A stretch of DNA of 60,436 nt, counting the filler, from Nemertoderma westbladi (Eukaryota; Animalia; Xenacoelomorpha), in assembly GCA_032718475.1 (NCBI GenBank). It is 3 parts of 3 records of this genome, joined end to end, with 100 filler letters (N's around TTAATTAATTAA, not from the genome) between each part and the next. Parts side by side here need not be neighbours in the genome. Positions count along the whole stretch, not along the records: positions 21,788 to 45,405 come from JAUCBJ010002479.1; positions 45,506 to 60,436 come from JAUCBJ010005687.1; 1 more part is not named here. One strand, 5' to 3'. Below, one piece after another: positions 39,083 through 50,744 of this stretch. The notes under the pieces were generated by a model, which saw nothing but the letters and a program-made list of their open reading frames with translations, was not told where the DNA came from and made no database searches. Positions within the stretch are counted from its first letter, which is position 1, and the number at the start of each line of letters is the position of its first letter. The translations under genes were made by a program, and so were the position numbers.

Positions 39083-40552
39083 AGGAACTACCCGGCACCA
39101 GGTACTACCCGGCATCAGGAACTACCCGGCACCAGGTACTATCCGGCACCAGGTACTACCCGGCACCAGGTACTACCCGGCACCAGGTACTATCCGGCAC
39201 CAGGTACTACCCGGCACCAGGTACTACCCCGGCACCAGGTACTACCCGGCACCAGGTACTTCCCGGCACCAAGAACTACCCGGCACCAGGTACTATCCGG
39301 CACCAGGTACTACCCGGCACCAGGTACTACCCGGCACCAGATACTATCCGGCACCAGGTACTACCCGGCACCAGCTACTATCCAGCACCAGGTACAGGTA
39401 CTACCCGGCACCAGGTACTACCGGGCACCAAGAACTACCCGGCACCAGGTACTAGCCGACTCCAGGTACTACCCGTCACCAGGTACTACCCGGCACCAGA
39501 TACTATCCGGCACCAGGTACTACCCGGCACCAGCTACTACCCAGCACCAGCTACTACCCGGCATCAGGTACAGGTACTACCCGGCACCAGGTACTACCCG
39601 GCACCAAGAACTACCCGGCACCAGGTACTACCCGACTCCAGGTACTACCCGTCACCAGGTACTACCCGGCACCAGATACTATCCGGCACCAGGTACTACC
39701 CGGCACCAGGAACTACCCTGCACCAGGTACTACCCTGCACCAGGTACTACCCGGCACCAGCTACTACCCAGCACCAGCTACTACCCGGCACCAGGTACAG
39801 GTACTACCCGGCACCAGGTACTACCCGGCACCAAGAACTACCCGGCACCAGGTACTACCCGACTCCAGGTACTACCCGTCACCAGGTACTACCCTGCACC
39901 AGGTACTACCCGGCATCAGGTACTACCCGGCACCAGGTACTACCCGACATCAGATACTACCCGGCACCAGGTACTACCCGGCACCAGGTACTACCCGGCA
40001 CCAGGTACTACCCGGCACCAGGAACTACCTGGCACCAGGTACTACCCGGCACCAGGAACTACCTGGCACCAGGTACTACCCGGCCCCAGGTACTACCCGA
40101 CATCAGATACTACCCGGCACCAGGTACTACCCGGCACCAGGTACTACCCGGCACCAGCTACTACCCGGCACCAGGAACTACCCGGCACCAGGTACTACCC
40201 GGCACCAGGTACTACCCGACATCAGATACTACCCGGCACCAGGTACTACCCGGCACCAGGTACTACCCGGCACCAGCTACTACCCGGCACCAGGAACTAC
40301 CCGGCACCAGGTACTACCCGGCACCAGGTACTACCCGGCACCAGGAACTACCCGGCACCAGGTACTACCCGGCACCAGGAACTACCCGGCACCAGGTACA
40401 GGTACTACCCGGCACCAGGTACTACCCGGCACCAGGTACTACCCGGCACCAGGTACTACCCGGCACCAGATACTACCCGGCACCAGCTACTACCCGGCAC
40501 CAGGTACTACCAGGCACCAGGAACTACCCGGCACCAGCTACTACCCGGCACC
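39075..40552. repeat. 17-bp minisatellite (CCGGCACCAGGTACTAC)n, ~85 copies
   Basis: Directly visible array; it explains the PAPGTTRHQVLPGTRYY ORFs in all three + frames. Confidence 0.97.
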
Positions 40553-41429
40553 TGTTTATCACTCAACATGAACATTAACTCGCTTCTATCGCGTTTCCAG
40601 ACCGTTGCTAATAATTCTATCTACAAATCCACAAGATGATAAACAACAAAATTTTACAAAATCCCTCCATTTTTCAACCTTGTCGCAAATTTCCCGGGTC
40701 CCGAATTACCCCAATCTACCCCACAGGGACCCTAAAATCGTTATCAATTAATTGAACCAAACCAATAAAAATATAATATAATTATATATAAACTCGTCAA
40801 GTAACAATAATTACTAACAACAGACATTTATTAAATAAAGGTACAACTATAGCAAACTGGAATTATTACAAAGAATGAATGTTTCGTACCATCTTGTTAA
40901 CAAGACGCCCCCTAACCACGTTCACCAACAGAGACACTTCTCGTAAGGAGCAGGTTGGCTCGCACGTGAGGTTTAGTACAACCTAGAACCATCTGTGCGG
41001 TTACAGTGCACACTGGGCAATACACACCTACACACTAGAATGTGGTACACCTGCACAGCCCACACGGGGTGCACACAGACATTGTGATGTAACTAACTAC
41101 ACCAGTTTAATAATGGTTAAAAATTAATAATAATAATAAAGTTCTATCCTGTTTAGAGGCCTCTGACTTTTCTTATCCCTAACCCAAGGTGTGAAAAAAC
41201 CTCTGCTAACCAGATTTTTTCGTGGTAGCTCATGGAAAAGTTCGAAAGATATCGGGCATGGAACCATTTATTTTATTTGTAAATGTTTAAGAATAAGTTG
41301 AGCGTTGTGTTTACCTTTTTAATCAATATCTTTAGAAAATACAGCATTCTTAGAATTTATATAGGTGTTTAGTTTAGTGCAGTTAGGGATGGGAATTTGG
41401 ATTGGTCAATGCATCCTCCACTCATAGAC

Positions 41430-42020
41430 GGGTGAGTGTGAGTACGAAACAAAGACCCAAAGACAATAGACCTGTACGTACATAACACATGTGTTAACTT
41501 TCATTTATTGTTTTGGTTCCAACAACACGCCTCTGAAACCAGCTCCTTTACATGGCAATGGGACCTAACGCTCTTTGAGACCTAACGCTCTTTAGGACCT
41601 AACGCTCATTGGGACCTAACGCTCATTGGTACCTAACGCTCTTTGGGAACTAACGCTCTTTGGGACCTAACGCTCTTTGGGACCTAACGCTCTTTAGGAC
41701 CTAACGCTCTTTGGGACCTAACGCTCTTTGGGACCTAACGCTCTTTGGGACCTAACGCTCATTGGTACCTAACGCTCTTTGGGACCTAACGCGACTTTAC
41801 CTCTTTGTTTTGCACAGGTCCCAAATAGCGTTAGGTCCCATTGATATTTAAAGGAGTAGGTTAGTAAAGGAGCAGCTTACATAAGCGTGTTGGGGGAACC
41901 AAAACAATAAACGAAAAGTTAACACATGTTACAAGATTATGGAGGTATTTATAATTGGGTCTTTGTTTTGCACAAGATTATGGAGGTATTTATAATTGGG
42001 TCTTTGTTTTGCAATCACCC
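41430..42020. mobile_element. Mutator-like MITE (same family as 20517-20922, inverted) with expanded internal 17-bp repeat
   Basis: GGGTGA...TCACCC ends, shared subterminal motifs and an imperfect ACTCATA flank duplication. (GGGACCTAACGCTCTTT)n lies at 41560-41792. Confidence 0.85.
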
Positions 42021-42942
42021 ACTCATAAGTGAGTCATATTTTCCATAAGCTTAGAAACTTTCTTAGTCCCTGCCGCGTCTGCTTCTAGCACAAGTTCAGC
42101 CTTTCCATTGAGTCCGCCACAACTGTATTGTAACATAACAACTTTACTTGGGGCTATAGAATATCCCTTAAATCAGAGCGCCCCAAACAAGAATTGATAT
42201 TCCATACGATTGATTTCAAATAATTAAAAGTCGACTTCTATTATAAAAGATAAACATGAAAATATTACAAACTGAATTCAAACACTCAACTTCCGGAACG
42301 CACTCGCCCTATTCTAGAATAAAAATAAATAATTTCAGCGATATGTACCGTAGGCGTGGTTGTTGAGTACTTATATTCAATCTTTCGTAAACTTTATTTT
42401 GGTCTACAACATTGTGTAAAAAGAAGTACTTTTCAGCGTTTTGACCCAAGTAACGAGCGAGCGCAACGAGGCATGTTTACATACATAAACGAGGGTCTTT
42501 AACGCTGAATAGTCCGCTTTTCATATAATGATGTAAGAAATTTTGTTACATTATGATTGTTATGTCAACTTATAGGCGACCTGAAAGCTAAATTAAAAAT
42601 TAACAATATGTTTAATAAGGTTAATGTGTGGTTAATAAGTTAATTTAATTTAAAGTTTAGAAGTTTATTTATTATATTAGAGCGTTCCGAACTGCTAGAG
42701 GGCCTAACGTTTCAAAGTGGTGTTTTCAGTGGAGTTAACAAGAAGGCCGATAAGTTTACATAACGTAACAAAATTGAATACCGGTAGTTAGTTAGTTACA
42801 TATATCTGTACATGCTGATTCAAAGCAGATTAATGGAAGCAGTCAACCCCACGCACAAGCAAACCAACTCCAGGAACTTTATATCCACAATAATATCGGT
42901 AGGCCTAGCTAAATAATAACAACCGTCACCGTTCTGCCCTCG

Positions 42943-43037
42943 TTATCTCTTCTTTTTCTCCAACTTGGCTTTCCGCTTTTCATGTTTTGCCTTTTCTTTA
43001 GATCTTAACGAGGAGACTAGTTTGTAAACAGCATATC
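42943..43037 (-). CDS. 62-aa single-pass membrane microprotein, exon 2
   Basis: tttgctttcctag| acceptor, phase-compatible with exon 1. Encodes (G)YAVYKLVSSLRSKEKAKHEKRKAKLEKKKR-stop. Confidence 0.75.
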
Positions 43038-43835
43038 CTAGGAAAGCAAATTAAGAACATAAATAAGTAGATCAATTGGAGGTGGCAGGTGAGGTGGCGG
43101 GTTTTTTTTTGTCATGTTGCAATTATTGTTATTCGGCATTCGTAGTCTTGCCCGTGCCGCGAGCCAGTCACCGGTTGCCCATTCCGCAACCGGCTGGCGG
43201 CTGACCGGCAAATTTTTGCACAGCTTAAGTAAGTAAAGTATGTATGTATATGCCTATATATTATATTATTCGGAGTCCGGAGACATCACGGTCATAGCAG
43301 CGAAAGTACAGAAGTACACATTAAAATATAACATAAACAGGTAACACATTAAAATAAACAGTAATACAGCTGAGCGACTTATGCTATGGCACTAGGCTAG
43401 GCTAAACAAAAATGTTCCAGAATATGGTGTATTTATTAAATATAATAGGCCTACTGTAATAAAATTGCCTCGCGTGTCGCACAAATAAAAACCATGCAAC
43501 TTACAAAAGCACATATCTCAGACTGTCAGAAAATCAAATTCAGATTGTAATACACAGTATTACCATACAGCCATACATTGTACATACCCCCTGCTATTAC
43601 TGTATTATTTGGAATAATTGAATCTTGAATGGGCAGATTTCCTGATTCCATTGGTACCAACAGGGTGACAAAACACTACAAGGCTGCAAGGTTGAAAAAT
43701 GGTGAACTGGTGAAATATCGGCGTAGACAGCTAGACACCTTTTTGAAACGCTTGTAGCTAAAGGAGGAAAGTCTGAAAGTAAAAATAAAAAGGCTGGATC
43801 CTGGATGGAATGGATACCGGTACTTCTGTACTTAC

Positions 43836-43929
43836 CCAAAATTATGGCTACTACTATTGTTGGCACTATAAAAACCCAATTATCAATTGACTGCGAATAT
43901 GGGGACTTTGAATCTTTAAATTCCACCAT
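43836..43929 (-). CDS. 62-aa single-pass membrane microprotein, exon 1
   Basis: ATG in GCGATGG context, MVEFKDSKSPYSQSIDNWVFIVPTIVVAIIL(G), strong donor G|gtaagt at 43835. Confidence 0.75.
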
Positions 43930-44223
43930 CGCAATCTGGCATCTACGGTAGCACTAGTCTAGTGCGGCGGTAGAGTAAGCTACAGAGCTCCGGTACCGGT
44001 GCAGGTACTGCAATCGTAGACAGAGGCGGTAGAATCTGCGAGTAGGCTACTGCAGCTGTATGCTGTACAGCAATTATACAGGTAGGCCTAACTCAGTACT
44101 GCAGTAGCTGCTAGGCTGCCTAGGCTGCTAGGCCTATACTGCTATATCAGTACCGGTACCGGTAATCAGTATATTTCTGTATTTCAGTATTTAATGCTGA
44201 CCGTATCTGGGTATCTGGGTAAA

Positions 44224-44430
44224 GGCGGGGTAGCTCAGTTGGTTGAGCGCCGGGCCTGCAATCTTTCGGTTGTAGGTTCAGCCCCGCCAGGGTTCACTCA
44301 GCCTTTCATCCACTGAGGTCGATAAAATGAGTACCAGTTAAATAACTGGGAGCAAATCTTGGGATAGGAGTAGCGCCCACCCCTACCCTCGGGTAGCAGC
44401 TATCGAAAGAGGAGCCTTCGGGTCGCAATA
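44224..44430 (+). mobile_element. tRNA-derived SINE with conserved central domain
   Basis: TAGCTCAGTTGG A-box and GGTTCAGCCCC B-box, then ACTCAGCCTTTCATCC...GAGGTCGATAAAATGAGTACCAG, which resembles the widely shared metazoan SINE central domain (recalled, not searched). Confidence 0.75.
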
Positions 44431-44703
44431 TCTGGAGGGTATCTATCCAGCTGTCCAGGGTGAGGTATCCGGATCAAGGCGTACTATATACAAGGCCATG
44501 CCATCGAGTTAACTGGGGGCGGTGACTGGGGGCAAGATTTTTTCTACAACGATTTTATATTTTGAAATGGGGAGAGTTCTATAAATTTTCATTTGTTGCA
44601 ATTTGGTCAATGGACGTACTTGATATCCTTGTTAAGTAAGATACAAAATTTTATGGTAGCTAGTGTTTTAGGTAGGTTTAGCTAGTAATTTCAATACTGG
44701 ATC

Positions 44704-45202
44704 CGAGACATCCTACTCCCCTCTATAAATATTTTGTAGTAGCTAGTTCTTATTACTATTTGTATAGAAAATGTTTCAGAAGATGTTATAGCTATGCATT
44801 TTTAAAAAAATTATGTTCTAAAATATGAATTAGTTCAAAAATATTTTTTGTTCTATAACATTTTTTTAGAAAAAAATCCGGATTCTAGTTAAAACGTATG
44901 GAATCGTTCTAAAACGTGTTTAAAATCAATAAAAAAAAATTTCAAAATTTTAAAATTTTTATCCACAATATTTTTTTTCACAATTTTTTTTTATTGATTT
45001 TAAACACGTTTTAGAACGATTCCATGCGTTCTAAATATAATCTAAATTTTTTTCTAAAATATGTTCCAGAACAAAAAATATTTGTTCTAGAACAAATTTT
45101 TTTTTAAAAATGAATAGCTAACATCTTCTGGAACATTTTCTATACAAATAGTAATAAGAACTAGCTACTACAAAATATTTATAAAGGGAAGTAAGATGTC
45201 GG
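44704..45202. mobile_element. Foldback/MITE: ~500-bp near-perfect palindrome
   Basis: ~230-bp arms, for example TATAAATATTTTGTAGTAGCTAGTTCTTATTACTATTTGTATAGAAAATG and its reverse complement at 45133-45183. Confidence 0.88.
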
Positions 45203-45405
45203 AACTTTATCATATTGCTTGAAATTTGAAACACAACTAGTTCCACTCACCGTGGATGACCCCATGAAGCCGGAATTTTCGATTTTGCCTTTAAATTTGT
45301 TTTTTCCCAAGCGTTTTAAAAAAGTGTCTTTTGCGAAATCGCACCCTCCGCATCGTGGCCATTCTTCACATTAGTCGTAATTTTCTCATGTAAGAATATC
45401 TGAAT

Positions 45406-45505
45406 NNNNNNNNNNNNNNNNNNNNNNNNNNNNNNNNNNNNNNNNNNNNTTAATTAATTAANNNNNNNNNNNNNNNNNNNNNNNNNNNNNNNNNNNNNNN
45501 NNNNN
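45406..45505. other. Assembly/concatenation spacer (44 N + TTAATTAATTAA + 44 N)
   Basis: N-run with a six-frame stop linker. Confidence 0.97.
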
Positions 45506-46541
45506 ATGTCCCCAGACAAGTTCTGGAATAAATCGGTGCCCATCTCAAATATTAATTAGTTAATATTTACAAATCAAATAAGTCAAAATCTGTAAAATTC
45601 AGATCCTTCAACAATTCTAGTCAATTAAGATATCGTAGCATTTACCGATATTCTTAAAAAGACAATTGTCATAGAATTAAGGATCTTGTGTCCCCAGACA
45701 TGTTCTGGAATCCAAATATGTCCATTTAATTATCAAATAATAAAATTTCAGGGAATCAATTTAAATTCATGCCTTTTAATGAATTTAATAAATTGCCATT
45801 TTTACGCAATTTATAAAGTTCCCAAAATTCCATTAATTAATAGATCAAGGGAGCGGAGATTTATCTTATTATGCATATGAGTGTGCGAAAGTCTCCCAAA
45901 CATAGTCAATAGCCGATAAAATTCATAAAGTCATGTATAAAACAGAACATTGACTATTAAAGAATACTATTAAATAACATCCCAGATCTGTATGCATTGG
46001 AATCACCCTAATTCTACCGCTAGCTTTGCATAATGTCACCATAGCAACAACCACGCTAGAATTAGAATTGAGTTAAAAGAACAATAGAAAGCTTGTCCCA
46101 TTGAATAGCATAGGGAATAAATAGCGCACTACTAGTATCCAAGGATACATAATAATACAGTGACATTCTGGAAGGCATTGACTAACGGACAAATGGCCCG
46201 AATGTGCGTAGTTGTGACCAGTTGTGTGGTATTTGTGAGTTTATAGGTTAGGTGAATGTTACTGCTAAAGTGTGTTTACAGTAGCTAGTCGCAATCGTAA
46301 AAGTAACCTAACTCTCCAAGGAAAACCTGAAGTACATCTAAGCCTTTGGGACGGACAGTCGAGTGACTTGTGCCGGTTGTCGTTGTCGTTGTGCGGCTAC
46401 GTCGTTGGCGAAAGTACGGCGGCGACGACACATCGGCGCTGAGGATCTCGTACTGTCCGGGGGTTGATTGGGGTAGGCAGCGACGCCCGCTCGCCTAAAT
46501 ATAAACTCATTATAATATGGATAAATTCATATATAGCAGAT

Positions 46542-47501
46542 ATGACGGAGTTGATAGAAGATGTTCTTGGTATCGGGGAGCGATATACTCTACTTTTGCA
46601 AGCGTTTGTTGATAGCTTAATACGCGGCGACGTTAGTCCAACTGCTGCGGAGGACGATGGTCGTTATATCGAACCGCCAATGTCCCAAGAGCAGCTCGCG
46701 CGCGAGTTGGACTATAGAAAATTCGCTGCTCGATATACGCAGCGTAATGGTACGTATATGGCCTTCTTAACTACTGGTCATCCTATCGATTTACACGATA
46801 TAGACGATATAGACACCAAAAGGGAAATGGTTCTATTTAAATATCATACCCAGCGGAGGCGGAACAATAAACCGAGAATCGAACATGAGAATTCTATGCG
46901 AAACCGAATCGAAAGAGAAGACGTTGAGGAGCCGGATAAACGCAGCGACTTCAACGATTATCTGGAATTCCTGATAGAAACATATCTCAATATTGCCAGT
47001 CAACAAAATCTAGAAACTCGATATCCTCAAGGTATACATCATGACTGCATGGTAGAACTCAAACGGCTCGATTCCCCTATGATGTATCTTACCGCCGATC
47101 GACCGCTACCTGTTGTACCGAATAGCTTCGAACGGATGGAGGAATATTGTAAGCTGGAGAAAGATCACACGCGTTTCCCCTACAAGACGTACGTTTTTGG
47201 GTATTATTGCGATGAATGCCCAAGACCCAACCAACAAACGGAAAGACATAAACATCCGCGGAGACGTTGCTTTAAACACGGTTTTACTCGCTATACTTAC
47301 AGGAGTTTCGAGCGAAACTTGTTCAATGTATCACCTACGCTCGTTCGACTCAGACGATCCTTAAATAAACCAATGATCAGAGTTTCGGAGTGCTCGATCG
47401 GAGCTCCTCATTCCCTGGTGGGGCCTCGGACTCTTGATCCTATTGGTGTCGCGGATCCTCGCGGACCGTATTCACTGTTCAAAGATCTAGTGCTACCCTA
47501 A
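46542..47501 (+). CDS. Orphan ORF (319 aa from ATG 46542) of an LTR retroelement remnant; decayed extension to ~48061
   Basis: Long, intronless, non-repetitive ORF with no family I recognise. It lies immediately upstream of a PPT and LTR, and the downstream sequence stays coding-like but has stops and frameshifts. Confidence 0.55.
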   Translation: MTELIEDVLGIGERYTLLLQAFVDSLIRGDVSPTAAEDDGRYIEPPMSQEQLARELDYRKFAARYTQRNGTYMAFLTTGHPIDLHDIDDIDTKREMVLFKYHTQRRRNNKPRIEHENSMRNRIEREDVEEPDKRSDFNDYLEFLIETYLNIASQQNLETRYPQGIHHDCMVELKRLDSPMMYLTADRPLPVVPNSFERMEEYCKLEKDHTRFPYKTYVFGYYCDECPRPNQQTERHKHPRRRCFKHGFTRYTYRSFERNLFNVSPTLVRLRRSLNKPMIRVSECSIGAPHSLVGPRTLDPIGVADPRGPYSLFKDLVLP

Positions 47502-48139
47502 CAATTAATCGGTAACACTCCGACAGTGATTTCTAGCTAGCCGCCCATCTTACCTAGCCGGATTGTGACGCGGACACCTAATATCACTATCCAACCGTAT
47601 GGTTGTCCCCGTTTAACGCGATACAACCCCTCATCAAGGTGAAGGAGAGCGTTGTACGAAACGAGTTAAACGCTATTCTATAAAGATCAAAAAAGAAACC
47701 TGCGTTTGTTCAGATAAACGTAAGTTATAACAGTAAGTCCAATCGATAAACGAATTGGCTTTATCTCAATTCGATTGGGAAATCCAGAATCTCTAAGAAG
47801 TTATCGAACTTGGACGATCCTATTCTCTGCGAGAGTTTGTGGATGAACGTATCCAGCTACGAGCGGAGGAAAATCAGCTCGAGGAGAAGCATATCGAAAC
47901 GGCAGATACCTCGACCACAATCCTACACCTTCTGATGCAATCATATTGCACCCTTCACCCAGGAGTTATGGCCCTCCTAGTAAAGTGGCTCCCCCAAAGA
48001 GAAAAAGACTCTTGCTAGCCTCAAAAAACTGCGTAAACGCCGTCTGCGTAAGAAAGACTAACTGTTCAGAGTATCTTTATGTTTTAGAAACTGTGATTTT
48101 TATATTTTATAGACTGAAAATCCCATTTTCTGGGAGCGG

Positions 48140-49349
48140 TGTAAAAGCTTTTGCTGAATTGTCCGGTTATTTTTCCTTATTTTTCCCGTAAAGTACTCTG
48201 TAGTTGGTTTACCAGGCATAAAAAGGCCGTGTCCTTGCTGTACTGGTGTTTTAGCGGACATAAAAGCTATTTCTTCTGTATTTGTACTTTAGAGGACATA
48301 ATCCGTAATTCCATGACGTAAAAGCTCGATACTCTTGAAAACAGTGTCGCTACCATGACGACGGCTAGCAGCTGATATTGCCACGTCGACGTTTCTTTGT
48401 TTCTCTGTTCTCTCGTTGTTCAGGTTGACCAATCAGAGCGTTTGTTGTCTCTGTGTTGGAGGTATATACAGAAACTCAGTAGTTCAGTGTTATGTTTTTG
48501 CCCAGAGCCTAAGAACCGGCTTTTGGCACATCCGTGTTTTCAGTTTTTAGTCTTACACTAGTAGGTTTAATTATAAGGACATATATCCTTTAACCTGGCT
48601 TTTAATCGCTGCTAACTGATCATACATACTGACTGCTGAAACATTGCAAACTCATAACAATCAGTGTTTTCATTGTTGTTTTATACTGCTATTTACTGTC
48701 AGTTCTTCATAATATGGTTGATGAATTATTATATTTGGAATAACGATAAATAACCCCGAAACCCAATATTCTTGATATACCGAAGGTAAGAGAGAAGGGT
48801 TACAGATAAACGATTGTGACTTATGTTAAAGTGGTTTGAAGTGAATCTAATGTTATTTGATAGACCCTACATGAGTCAGTCTGTGTTCCTTTTATATGTG
48901 ACTAAAATCAGTGAAGATTGGCAGATTAGTGTGCAGTATTGTGCAGCATTGTGTATGAGTGAGTCTGTTAAAGAAGCAATTCCTAAAGAATGCGCCATAT
49001 ATGTGAATTATAATTAAGCCATATCGTTGTGAGTAGTTTAAGTCATAACTCTGTTTATATAGATAAAGCGCCACGTCCTAAAGGAACTGTTAATATTCCC
49101 GAAGGTGAATAATATTGTCAGAGATTATATAATACTGTCAGTCGAATAATACATTAGGCTTACATAGCAATAAAATTAAACCGTCGAACCCAATCTCCCG
49201 GGAATATCCAGCGGGTGAATGATCGCGCACAGATTGGTTTCGACTAGTGTAGTGAATCAAATACTTGTCATAGACTAAAAACCGATTTAATATCTAGAAG
49301 ACATCTTAATTTGGTGGGTTAAACTGCCAAAGGTCTGAAAGCGCGAACA
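48140..49349 (+). mobile_element. 3' LTR (1210 bp) preceded by a polypurine tract
   Basis: TGTAAAAGCTTTTGC...GCGCGAACA termini shared with 33606-34828. GGGAGCGG lies directly 5' (48132-48139). No matching TSD, so it is not a solo LTR. Confidence 0.85.
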
Positions 49350-49809
49350 TAGGGTTAAGGTATACACGAATACATTAATGAAGAAGAGTATACATAGAGA
49401 AGGTATACATAAATGATACTAAAAACAAACCTACAAACTAAACGGTGGCACCAATAAGTAACTTATTACGAAGATTTTTTATGATATATTGTTGGTCGGT
49501 AATATAGTATAGACTCGGCGATATTTGCGATCAGTTATTACATAATAGAAAAACTCCAACTCTCCCCTACAATCAGTTAAAATTTTGGTAAATCAGTTTA
49601 AAATATATTAAAATCTGCTAACCGGCATATTAAAATGTGTGTAAAATTAGATAAATTGAAACAGGTTAAAAGGAAATGCAAAATCGTATAGCGAGAAATA
49701 AAATAATGTGATTTAAAATTGTCTAAAGAACGGCATATTTTAAAAACATCATAATTGGCACAACAAAAATTGACACACGTTAAAAAACGTAAAAAGTGCA
49801 TTTATAGTT

Positions 49810-50380
49810 ATTCATATTCTTCCTTGAATAGGAAAATTTTCAGGCGAGATTTGAATGAGTCAACTCCAGGTGCAGCAACGGACATTCATCGGCAGAGAGT
49901 TCCAAACCTGTGGTGCAGCAACGGAAAAAGCGCGTTTTCCATAATTTGAGAGACGAAATCTTGGTACGACGAGCAACATCTTATCACTGGAGCGTAACTC
50001 GCGATGCGGAACATATGGTGTCAATAGGTCCCTGAGATATTGAGGTGCCAGGCCGTTCAAACATTTGTAAGTCAACAACGCTATTTTGAAATCAATACGG
50101 CGACGAACAGGAAGCCAATGTAGGCTTTTAAGGACAGGTGTAATATGTTCCCGCTTTCGGACACCCGTAGAAGACAGGTTTTCTACATATTGTAGCTTCT
50201 TAATGAGATTATTCGGCACACCATAATATAGCGAATTGTTGCAGTCTAGCTTGCTTGTTACCAAGGCATGTATAAGAGTCTCTAGACTGTCCTTCTGTAA
50301 ACATTTTCTGATTTTGGACAGGTTCCGAAGGTGGAAGGAGGAATCTCGCACAGTGATGGCAATCTGTTTACTAGTTTACG
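49810..50380 (-). mobile_element. L2-clade LINE 3' fragment
   Basis: LIHALVTSKLDCNNSL, HITPVLKSLHWLPVRRRIDFK and RAFSVAAPQVWNSLP are typical of the L2 ORF2 C-terminus. Confidence 0.9.
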
Positions 50381-50744
50381 TTACCGTCAGAGGGCTACTT
50401 GTCTCTAATTTTGCGTGTCATCTTGTTTTTTACGGTTGGAGAAAGCCAATCTTTGTTTAATTATAATATTGTAACAAGATTATGTTAAGGAGTGGAAAAA
50501 ATGCGGAAGCACAATTAACCAGTTCAGCTAGCTTATTGCCTGCTACTATTGAACAGGTATTAGAAATATATTAGTAGTTAAACTGGTAGAAAAAACAAAG
50601 GATCCTTCTCTGTTTGCCCTTGAACGCATTAATAAATCTCCTAACTAATTCGCCGTACTAGCGGTAAACCTTAGAAGTAAAGATGGAGTCTCACCAAGAC
50701 GCAGCTAATTTTCTAGAACATATATACCAGTTTCAGCTTATTAA

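Larger units (their letters stand above)
38413..40722. mobile_element. Degenerate TIR element (pogo/Tc1-like ends) containing a nested MITE and minisatellite
   Basis: GGTAAACTGGGGTAATACGAGAC at the left end versus the reverse complement GGTAGATTGGGGTAATTCGGGAC at the right end. Confidence 0.55.

Noticed and set aside
38883-40639. 510-539-aa PAPGTTRHQVLPGTRYY repeat proteins
   Set aside because: A 17-bp stop-free unit gives the same peptide in all three frames; there is no codon-level periodicity or unique domain.
43597-43835. 110-aa unspliced version of the 43929 ORF
   Set aside because: Reads through a consensus GTAAGT donor; the spliced 62-aa model is more coherent.
44224-44289. tRNA-Cys(GCA) gene
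   Set aside because: Acceptor and D stems can be drawn, but the anticodon stem and T-arm are defective and it runs into a SINE body; called a SINE head.
46035-46048. Canonical X-box GTCACCATAGCAAC upstream of the orphan ORF
   Set aside because: It lies in repeat-like sequence next to a contig edge, ~500 bp from the ATG; such motifs are common in invertebrate repeats, so no regulatory link can be supported.
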